A stretch of DNA of 24,000 bases from an uncultured archaeon (GCA_902386255.1 CABMII010000138.1:15660-39659); one strand, 5' to 3'. Numbered from the stretch's first letter, positions 16,369 to 23,409 are shown. Program-made: numbers and translations. The notes: a model not told the origin generated them from the sequence alone.

Positions 16369-17487
16369 TCATCGGAACACCCCTGCGGTAATAAGGAATC
16401 CCGCAAGCAGCAGGTTTAAAAGTGCAAGCGGCACCATTATTTTCCATCCGAGATTTAGAAGCTGGTCAATCCTCACCCTCGGGACGGTATCACGGAGCCA
16501 CATTGCGAAGAATATAACCGCGTAAGTTTTAACCAGGAAAACCCCAAGCGACACTAGCGGAACTAACATTGCAGGGACAAAGGGAAGAATTGGGAATGTC
16601 CATCCTCCGAGGAACAGTGTAACAACGATTCCCGAGACTGCAAATAAATGAGCATATTCTGCAAGGAAGAACATTGCGAATTTCATTCCGCTATATTCTG
16701 TGAAGAACCCTGCCACCAGTTCGGATTCGGATTCCTGGAAGTCAAACGGTATTCGTCCCATTTCAGCAATAGAAGCGATAAGGAACAGGACAAATCCCAG
16801 GGGTTGTAAGAATATGAACCATTTGGGTATTACCCCGAACCATGTCCCGCTCTGTGCATTCACGATATCCACGGTGCTGAGAGAACCGGTAAATAAAACA
16901 ATGGCAATTGCGGCAAGGGCAAGCGGGATAGTATAACTGATATCCTGTGCCACGGCCCTCATTGCTCCCATCAGCGAATACTTGTTATTCGAGGCCCATC
17001 CTGCGAGCAAAATAGCTACGGGTGACACTGCTGAAATTGCAATAATATAGAGCAACCCTACCCGCAGGTCGGATATTATCAGCGACTGGCCGAATGGAAG
17101 GGGGATAAAAACAAGGAGCGCCGGGATAAAAACGATAAAAGGGGCAAGCGTGAATATCCACCTGTCAGCCTTAGCAGGTATAATATCCTCTTTCCCGATG
17201 AGCTTCACACCATCCATGACCGGCTGTAGCAAGCCGCGCGGCCCGGTGACCATGGGCCCGTACCTTGACTGCACCATGGCGACGACTTTTCGTTCCATCC
17301 ATGTAAGGAACATAACGGTGAGAAGCACAAAAACGAACAGAATAGCAATCTCAACCAGTACGATTATGATTTGCAAAACATATTCGATTCCAAGCATCTG
17401 GAATACGTTAAGGATTGGCTCGTAAATCCTGAATAAATTCAATATATATACTATCAATTCGTAAGCGTTTGCTATCATTCCGATCAC
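16369..17487 (-). CDS. fpoH: F420H2 dehydrogenase subunit H (NuoH-type)
   Basis: 372 aa. NuoH signatures: WMERKVVAMVQSRYGP, AQDISYTIPLAL and PFDFQESESELVAGFFTEYSGMKFA. It has an ATGA overlap with the fpoD stop. Confidence 0.92.
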   Translation of the reverse strand: MIGMIANAYELIVYILNLFRIYEPILNVFQMLGIEYVLQIIIVLVEIAILFVFVLLTVMFLTWMERKVVAMVQSRYGPMVTGPRGLLQPVMDGVKLIGKEDIIPAKADRWIFTLAPFIVFIPALLVFIPLPFGQSLIISDLRVGLLYIIAISAVSPVAILLAGWASNNKYSLMGAMRAVAQDISYTIPLALAAIAIVLFTGSLSTVDIVNAQSGTWFGVIPKWFIFLQPLGFVLFLIASIAEMGRIPFDFQESESELVAGFFTEYSGMKFAMFFLAEYAHLFAVSGIVVTLFLGGWTFPILPFVPAMLVPLVSLGVFLVKTYAVIFFAMWLRDTVPRVRIDQLLNLGWKIMVPLALLNLLLAGFLITAGVFR

Positions 17488-18632
17488 CTGTCCACGTCGC
17501 CAAGCACAACATCAATAGTTCCAAAAGCAGCTATCAGGTCCGGGATTTTAAGTCCGAGCACCATTTTAGGTATTGCAGTCAGATTGCAGAAAGAAGGCGA
17601 GCGTATCTTCACGCGATACGGTTTGGTAGTGCCGTCACTGGCTATATAAAAACCTAATTCTCCTTTCGGCGCTTCTATCCTGCTGTAAACCTCGCCTGCC
17701 GGAGGTGTGAAAATCCTCGGGAAATACGTTGAAACCGCAGAAGGCGTACCAGTCATCGGCGCTATGCCGTATTTTGCGCTGCTGACAATCTTTGCTTCGG
17801 GCATGGTATCAACCACCTGCCGCAGAATGTGCAGGCTCTCTTTCATCTCGTCTATCCTGACTATATACCTGGCATAGCTGTCGCATTCGTTGCGTACACA
17901 TGCCCTGAAGTCAAGGTCACGGTATATCGAGTACGGCTCATATTTGCGAAGGTCGTAATTTACGCCTGAACCCCGCAGCGTGGGACCGGTCATGCCGTAA
18001 TTAACTGCATCTTCGGCGCTTATCACGCCGATATTTTTCATTCTCATCATGAATATTTCATTGCTGCTGATTAGCTGTTCATAATCCTCGATGCGTTTTT
18101 CCATGTCTTTTAGGAACTCATTGAGCTTTGCCATGAAACCCTCGGGGATATCCTCTCTCACTCCACCCGGTTTGATGTAATTAAACGTCATTCTGGCGCC
18201 GCACAGCATTTCGAATAATTGGAGAGCGTTCTCTCTTTCCCTGAATCCCCACATTATCATGGTTGCTGCGCCCAGATCCATCAGCAGGGAACCTATGGAT
18301 ACAAGATGGTTCACTATCCTGTTAAGCTCCATGACAATAACGCGGATGTATTCCGCCCGCAGTGGAACTTCAATGCCTGCAAGCTCTTCCACGGCTTTGA
18401 CAAATGCATAATTGTTCGGGAAAGCTGAGATATAATCGAGCCTGTCTGTGTATGGTATAAATTGCATGTATGTTTTCATTTCGCCGAGTTTTTCCGTTCC
18501 CCTGTGGAGATAGCCAAGAACCGGCGTGCATTCCTTGATTATTTCGCCGTCCATTCTCAATCTAAAGCGCAGTACACCGTGAGTGCTGGGATGTACGGGG
18601 CCCATATTAATAATAAGTTCATCGGTCTCCAC
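17484..18632 (-). CDS. fpoD: F420H2 dehydrogenase subunit D (NuoD-type)
   Basis: 382 aa. NuoD signatures: NMGPVHPSTHGVLR, HRGTEKL, RIEAPKGELGFY and DVVLGDVDR. Confidence 0.93.
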   Translation of the reverse strand: METDELIINMGPVHPSTHGVLRFRLRMDGEIIKECTPVLGYLHRGTEKLGEMKTYMQFIPYTDRLDYISAFPNNYAFVKAVEELAGIEVPLRAEYIRVIVMELNRIVNHLVSIGSLLMDLGAATMIMWGFRERENALQLFEMLCGARMTFNYIKPGGVREDIPEGFMAKLNEFLKDMEKRIEDYEQLISSNEIFMMRMKNIGVISAEDAVNYGMTGPTLRGSGVNYDLRKYEPYSIYRDLDFRACVRNECDSYARYIVRIDEMKESLHILRQVVDTMPEAKIVSSAKYGIAPMTGTPSAVSTYFPRIFTPPAGEVYSRIEAPKGELGFYIASDGTTKPYRVKIRSPSFCNLTAIPKMVLGLKIPDLIAAFGTIDVVLGDVDR

Positions 18633-18633
18633 G

Positions 18634-19137
18634 TTACTTCCTCCTCAACAGGTTTGACCCGTCGGTACTGACTATGTCTTCCCCCTTTTCCCCTATAGTA
18701 ACGAATTGCTCTGTATTCATGTCATAATCCTTTTGAAGCGGGTGCCCAATCCATCCATCTGGCAGCAGTATCCTTACAAGATTAGGATGACCTGTGAATC
18801 TAATCCCCACAAGGTCATACGTTTCACGCTCAAGCCAGTCAGCCCCTTTCCATAGGGATGTAAGCGAGTCCACTTCGGGTTTATCGTGGTCTGCAATAAC
18901 TTTCAATACGAGATTCTGCTTTTTGTTGTAAGAATAAAAGTTATATACGACTTCAAAATGGTCTTTGTAATCAGTGCCGGTAATCACAGAAAGGTGGTCA
19001 AAACCCATTTCTTTTACTTTCCCGGCGACGTTTAAAAGCTCCTCCTTTTTGATTACAGCCATCGGCTTATTCCCCTGCATGCCTGTACTGACAACTGCGG
19101 CAGGCAGCTTCTGTTTTAACTCGTCAGTAGCGCTCAT
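18634..19137 (-). CDS. fpoC: F420H2 dehydrogenase subunit C (NuoC-type)
   Basis: 167 aa. The NuoC signature is SLTSLWKGADWLERETYDLVGIRFTGHPNLVRILLPD. Confidence 0.9.
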   Translation of the reverse strand: MSATDELKQKLPAAVVSTGMQGNKPMAVIKKEELLNVAGKVKEMGFDHLSVITGTDYKDHFEVVYNFYSYNKKQNLVLKVIADHDKPEVDSLTSLWKGADWLERETYDLVGIRFTGHPNLVRILLPDGWIGHPLQKDYDMNTEQFVTIGEKGEDIVSTDGSNLLRRK

Positions 19138-19402
19138 AAAGCGACACCTCGCTTTATGCGGTATCCGCGTAAACCGATACCCCGGTTTACGTGGTGTTCA
19201 AGTATGCTTTGCATACTTGTCGTTTGAAAGCCGAAACTTCGGCTTGCGCAGTGTTGGGGTATGCGCAGCATACCCCTCGTTTGATAAAACTTTCCTAAAG
19301 TTTTTTGATAAACCTTTCTTAAAGGTTTACGTATGGCTGAGCCGTATGTATCTGCGAAGTAAAGCGGCGCCACGGTTTTTGATGAAACTTTCCTAAAGTT
19401 TT
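19138..19402 (-). repeat. Intercistronic hairpin-array element, long copy (about 9 hairpins) between fpoB and fpoC
   Basis: Back-to-back inverted repeats in plus coordinates:
- 19136-19157 (8 bp stem, loop ACACCT)
- 19168-19191 (9 bp stem)
- 19199-19219 (CAAGTATGC-TTT-GCATACTTG)
- 19228-19245 (AAGCCGA-AACT-TCGGCTT)
- 19256-19276 (GGGGTATGC-GCA-GCATACCCC)
- 19286-19304 (AAAACTTT-CCT-AAAGTTTT)
- 19309-19329 (TAAACCTTT-CTT-AAAGGTTTA)
- 19328-19350 (imperfect)
- 19385-19401 (AAACTTT-CCT-AAAGTTT)

The track's 90-aa ORF (19134..19406) is the frame that runs through this array. Confidence 0.85.
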
Positions 19403-20017
19403 TCATTTATTAAGCCCCCATTTTGCGCCGTATCCTTCGTTCTTGATTTTTTCCCTTAGCTGGATAATGCCGTATAAAAATGCCTCAGGCCGCGGGGGGC
19501 AGCCCGGGATATAGACATCCACAGGTATAATCAAATCCACCCCTTTTAAGACTGCGTAGGACTCAATATACGGCCCGCCTGTTGACGCACAGCTTCCTAC
19601 TGCGATTACCCATTTGGGGTCGGGCATCATTTCATAAAGTTGTTTTACCCTTGGAGCCATCTTTTTTGTAACAGTCCCGGCTACAAACATGAGGTCAGAC
19701 TGTCGCGGGCTTGCCCTGAAAATCTCCATACCGAATCGTGCAATATCATGGTGAGCCATAGCCGTCCCCATCATTTCAATCGCGCAGCAGGCAAGACCCG
19801 AAGTGACCGGCCAGAGGGAACTCAGTCGCGCCCAGTTGAAAACCTGGTCTATCGTTGAAAAGAGAATCATTCCTTCCCTTTCCCTTGCTGCCAGGACGGT
19901 ATTGATAAGCCCCGTATCTTCCAGTTTTTCAAGCGCTGTCACTGGCTTCTTTTTGGCGGGTTTGATTTTTGTGGTATCAATGGTTACTGGATCCACTCTA
20001 AAGCCTCCTTCCTCCAT
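19403..20017 (-). CDS. fpoB: F420H2 dehydrogenase subunit B (NuoB-type, [4Fe-4S] N2-like)
   Basis: 204 aa. NuoB signatures: [20 protein letters not shown] and [10 protein letters not shown]. The 5' end overlaps the fpoA 3' end by 34 nt. Confidence 0.92.
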
Positions 20018-20358
20018 GCATAAGCAAGACCTATAATGAGTATTTCAATAAAAATGACCATCTCAAAAAAACCAAGAGGCCCAAGGTTCCTGAATTGCAC
20101 CGCCCACGGGTATAAGAACAAAACCTCGACATCAAATACCAGGAAAACAATCACTATCAGGTAATATTGAATGTTGAAATGTACACGGGCGTCGCCCACG
20201 GGCACTTCGGCGCATTCGTACGTGGATAATTTTTCCTTGGTTTTATTGCTCGGCCTGACCATCCTTGACATGAATAAAGAGATGGCTACAAACACCACGC
20301 CTACAATCGTAAGAATTACGACAGGTAAATAATTATCAAAAATTTCATTTGTGACCAT
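19984..20358 (-). CDS. fpoA: F420H2 dehydrogenase subunit A (NuoA-type)
   Basis: 124 aa with three TM helices. The NuoA signature is [40 protein letters not shown]. It is the first gene of the operon. Confidence 0.9.
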
Positions 20359-20395
20359 TGGAACACCAGTGTTACGGCTTAAAAAAGGATTATTG

Positions 20396-20404
20396 ATATA
20401 AAAA
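20396..20404 (-). promoter_or_regulatory. Putative fpo operon TATA box
   Basis: The minus strand reads TTTTATATC about 40 nt upstream of the fpoA ATG. An SD-like GGTG (plus 20364-20367) lies 5 nt upstream of the ATG. The 123-bp intergenic region is shared with the divergent gene at 20482. Confidence 0.35.
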
Positions 20405-20481
20405 GCTTATGAAATTGTTTTAGCGTAAGATTCTTAAACGAAAGAGACAACAGAAGGCAAAAATATCAGGAACGACATTTT

Positions 20482-21609
20482 GTGGAAGAAAAACTATTCG
20501 ATATAAAAATAGGTTACGCGTCGCCAAAGAACCCCATCGCGCTTGCTTCCATGGCAGGAATAACCGACAGCAGGTTCGCCTCAGGGTTCGGGAACGCCGG
20601 ACTGGTTGTCCTTGGCGGTTATAATCTTGACGAGTCCACGAATGAAGCGGCGCGAAAGGAGATAGAACGCGGAAGAAGTGAATTTGTTTCAGACAACCCG
20701 ATGGAGTTCCTCGAAAAGGAACTTGAAGCTGCAAAAGAGATTACCACAATAGCAGTAAATGTGCGGGCTGCATCACTTCCACCTTATATTGAAGCCGCAA
20801 ACCTGGCTAAAAAATCCGGCGCGATTCTTGAAATAAACGCCCATTGCAGGCAGCCTGAAATGACAGCGCTTGGGGCAGGGGAAGCCCTATTGAAAGATAT
20901 GCCGCGCCTTTGCGAGTATATCGGGGAGATAAAAAAGACAGGCGTCGTGCTTTCAGTGAAAACGCGGGCAAATGTGGTGAACGATGTTGAGCTTGCCAGG
21001 GCTATTGAGAAAGCAGGGGCCGATATCATCCATATAGATGCTATGCATCCGGATGGAATGGATATAGGGGTTATCAAACGTGTCCGCAATTCTACAGATT
21101 TGTTCATTATTGGCAATAACTCGGTCGTTGATTTTGAGAGCGCAAAAGAAATGTTCTCGCATGGGGCTGATATGGTCTCACTGGCCCGCGCCGTGCGTGT
21201 AAATCCCGGCATAATCAATCAGCTTATCTTTGACGTAGCTTCATTCCAGTCCATGACAGGCTGGTACAATGCGCCAAAACACATATGCGGTGGCGGGGAC
21301 CTAAGGGCGCTTGCCTTTTGCTGTCTTCCTGTCAAACCCTGCGCCTTACACGGTGCGCTGAAGCAGGCAGGGCTTAGCGCCGAGGAATTTATGAAGATTA
21401 AAACGGACTTTGCAAAAAATACACCCATAGAATACGGCGAAGGGACATGTTTTGGAAGCATGACATGGTGCTGCAAGATAACCAAGCCATGTTTCTTAAG
21501 GGATGGCGCTCTTACCGGGATTGGTCTTTCTGATGTGGAATACATGCGGATTAAGAAACGGTTATCAGAATATATACTGAAGCAAAGGAAGACGGCTAAG
21601 ATAAATTAA
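20482..21609 (+). CDS. TIM-barrel (DUS / dihydroorotate-dehydrogenase-like, probable flavin-binding) protein with a C-terminal methanogenesis-marker-9 cysteine domain
   Basis: GTG start.
- **N-terminal ~250 aa:** NPIALASMAGITDSRF, ILEINAHCRQPEM, ADIIHIDAM and GADMVSLARA resemble DUS-like TIM barrels.
- **C-terminal domain (nt about 21253-21576):** eight Cys within a 69-aa core (C269-C337), including two copies of CCxxxKPC (FCCLPVKPC, WCCKITKPC). This matches my recollection of the TIGR03277 marker-9 description. Confidence 0.7.
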   Translation: MEEKLFDIKIGYASPKNPIALASMAGITDSRFASGFGNAGLVVLGGYNLDESTNEAARKEIERGRSEFVSDNPMEFLEKELEAAKEITTIAVNVRAASLPPYIEAANLAKKSGAILEINAHCRQPEMTALGAGEALLKDMPRLCEYIGEIKKTGVVLSVKTRANVVNDVELARAIEKAGADIIHIDAMHPDGMDIGVIKRVRNSTDLFIIGNNSVVDFESAKEMFSHGADMVSLARAVRVNPGIINQLIFDVASFQSMTGWYNAPKHICGGGDLRALAFCCLPVKPCALHGALKQAGLSAEEFMKIKTDFAKNTPIEYGEGTCFGSMTWCCKITKPCFLRDGALTGIGLSDVEYMRIKKRLSEYILKQRKTAKIN

Positions 21610-21623
21610 AAAAAAGAAAAAAA
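21608..21623 (-). terminator. Oligo-T terminator for the minus-strand three-gene operon
   Basis: The minus strand reads TTTTTTTCTTTTTTTT, starting 8 nt after the TAA of the 21631..21855 gene. It overlaps the stop of the convergent plus-strand gene. Confidence 0.4.
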
Positions 21624-21630
21624 TAGATGA

Positions 21631-21855
21631 TTAAAGTGCTAAAACCTTTTGTTTAAGGTTCTTGGCAATATCCGGGCCAAGATTCAAACAAACCTTCTCG
21701 AATGAATCAGCAAATGCCTTAATTTGGGACTTATCTAGGGTGTCAATATTCGAATTTACCATTTTGCATGCTGCCATTACTTTAGCCTTTGCCATAAATT
21801 CGCCAATGCTTGGCGACAGCAGGTCAATTACTTTCTGGGAGATTTCGCTAGTCAT
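21631..21855 (-). CDS. Small soluble alpha-helical hypothetical protein (74 aa)
   Basis: The ORF is tightly linked to the upstream gene (6-nt gap). A GTGAT SD fragment lies upstream. It has no TM segment and I do not recognise a family. Confidence 0.6.
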   Translation of the reverse strand: MTSEISQKVIDLLSPSIGEFMAKAKVMAACKMVNSNIDTLDKSQIKAFADSFEKVCLNLGPDIAKNLKQKVLAL

Positions 21856-21861
21856 AAGACA

Positions 21862-22161
21862 TCACTCTTGAGTCAGCTTAAAAAGCTGGAATACAGCGAC
21901 CCCTAATAAAATAATTGCAACAGCCTCTATGCTTTCGGCTATTATCATCCCGGAAGGCAAATCCGCAATGATTGCCTCCACAAAATGCTGCAAGCCAAAG
22001 ATCAAAGCAGTTAACCCGGCATAGATTGTTGCTTTATGAAGGAGACCTGAATTTCCCATCCTTTTGGATAGTCCAATTGCATACCACATTATAAGCAGAT
22101 CAAGAATAAAAGATGACCAAAATAAAATACTCACAACCTCTTCTGAGGATACTTCGGTCAT
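21862..22161 (-). CDS. Small three-TM membrane protein (99 aa), paralog of the upstream gene
   Basis: Three hydrophobic helices. It shares its layout with the 22158..22445 product: TM1, then a basic loop (SKRM / AKRL), then TM2 ending in an acidic patch (VEAII / IEVSE), then TM3. It has an ATGA overlap with the upstream gene. Confidence 0.65.
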   Translation of the reverse strand: MTEVSSEEVVSILFWSSFILDLLIMWYAIGLSKRMGNSGLLHKATIYAGLTALIFGLQHFVEAIIADLPSGMIIAESIEAVAIILLGVAVFQLFKLTQE

Positions 22162-22445
22162 GATTTCACCCCGAGCATTTTTGTGGTAATATCAATTATC
22201 ACCATAGTGAATGCCAGTAATAATGTCATTACTAAAGCACTGATTGAATAAAGCAGATCACCCAATTCTGAAACCTCTATTGCCGCGCGAATGACAAATA
22301 TCACACCGGTCAGGAAGAAAAACGCTGCAGACCAGTAGAGAGTCCCTCCTTGTAGTCGTTTTGCACTTATGCCAGCAAGTACGAATATGGCTATCCCTAT
22401 AACCAGGTCTATACCTGCTATAACATAACCAATCTCAAATTCCAT
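22158..22445 (-). CDS. Small three-TM membrane protein (95 aa)
   Basis: Three hydrophobic helices. A strong SD, GAGGTGA, lies 6 nt upstream of the ATG. It is the first gene of a three-gene operon. Confidence 0.65.
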   Translation of the reverse strand: MEFEIGYVIAGIDLVIGIAIFVLAGISAKRLQGGTLYWSAAFFFLTGVIFVIRAAIEVSELGDLLYSISALVMTLLLAFTMVIIDITTKMLGVKS

Positions 22446-22710
22446 TTTTTCACCTCGTAATCAATTTTCAAATATTTTTCTATATCCATGCGTATTTTAG
22501 CATGTGCATTTCGTTTTTTAAAATATACAATGCTTATTTCATGTTGACTTCGCAGAGCTTGCGGATTGTCGATATGAATACTTCTGCACACGTTCATAAA
22601 CAGGATTGTGAAAAAATTCACACAATGACAACCTTCAGGTTTTATCAGTGCTTTTGCGAAGTATTTTATACCATTGATACATGGAAAGCGGAAAAAAAGG
22701 ATGATAATTC

Positions 22711-23400
22711 ATGAGCATAGCAAAAGGCGATTTTATAAGAGTTTCATATACCGGAAAAACAGCAGATGATGGGCATGTTTTTGATACAACCGATGAAGAT
22801 GTGGCAAAAGCCAACAAAATCTACAATGAAAAGGGGAAATATGGCGGTGACGTTATCATTGCAGGCTCGGGACATACCGTTGCAGGACTTGATGAGGATT
22901 TGATGGGGAAGGACGTGGGTTACAAAGGCAGCGTTACAATCCCGCCGGAAAAAGCTTTTGGAGTCAGGAACCCGGAACTTATTGAAAGCATACCAATCAA
23001 CAGGTTCAAGGACAGACCGCAGGTGGGAATGCCCGTGGAGATAGATGGCCGCCCAGGAATGATTATAAGAGTGATTGGCAGGATGGTGCAGGTGGATTTT
23101 AACAGGTTCCTTGCGGGGCAAACAGTCATTTATGACTACGAGATAAAAGAGAAGCTAGAGGATAACGAAAGCAAGGTCAAAGGACTTATCGCTCTATATA
23201 CAGGAAAAGAACTGCCGGTAAAAGTAAACGACGGTGAACTAACAGTTGAACTGGAGCCTGAAATGACCTATAACCAGAGATGGCTCATGACAAAAAGACA
23301 GATTGCGCACGAACTGATAGAAAACACGGACATCAGGGAAGTACTCTATCTTGAAAGATATAACAAAAAGATACTGGAACCAAAAGCTGCGGGGCAATAA
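22711..23400 (+). CDS. FKBP-type peptidyl-prolyl cis-trans isomerase, archaeal long type (FKBP + IF insert + C-terminal domain)
   Basis: Motifs: GDFIRVSYTGKT.DGHVFDTT, GSGHTVAGLDEDLMGK, IPPEKAFGVRNPELI (IF-domain entry) and VDFNRFLAGQTVIYDYEI. An SD-like GGATGA and a TATA-like TATTTTATA (22662-22670) lie upstream. Confidence 0.85.
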   Translation: MSIAKGDFIRVSYTGKTADDGHVFDTTDEDVAKANKIYNEKGKYGGDVIIAGSGHTVAGLDEDLMGKDVGYKGSVTIPPEKAFGVRNPELIESIPINRFKDRPQVGMPVEIDGRPGMIIRVIGRMVQVDFNRFLAGQTVIYDYEIKEKLEDNESKVKGLIALYTGKELPVKVNDGELTVELEPEMTYNQRWLMTKRQIAHELIENTDIREVLYLERYNKKILEPKAAGQ

Positions 23401-23409
23401 TTGAAACGG

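Noticed and set aside
19134-19406. The track's 90-aa ORF as an ordinary protein-coding gene (a novel Fpo subunit)
   Set aside because: Its sequence is dictated almost entirely by consecutive DNA palindromes, so stem arms give mirrored codon strings. It is basic and low-complexity. Its ends recur in the 27-codon spacer at 16289-16372. I treat it as a translated or kept-open spacer of a repeat element, not a folded protein. Homology searches could overturn this.
20420-20734. A 104-aa minus-strand ORF spanning the fpo/marker-9 intergenic region and the 5' end of the plus-strand gene
   Set aside because: It overlaps the well-supported 20482-21609 CDS and the putative promoter region. The composition is Arg/Pro/Cys-rich and junk-like, with no SD.
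22446-22710. A 265-nt intergenic region with track ORFs (22418-22621 minus, 22502-22714 plus), an 8-bp distant inverted repeat (ACTTCGCA at 22548-22555 / TGCGAAGT at 22655-22662) and a TGTGAA-N4-TTCACA palindrome. This could be a small RNA or a small gene.
   Set aside because: The ORFs lack SDs and look like random AT-rich translation. The inverted repeats are short and could arise by chance. The region is adequately explained as two divergent promoters and 5' UTRs. I kept only the GTGTGAA recurrence, as a side note in the motif finding.
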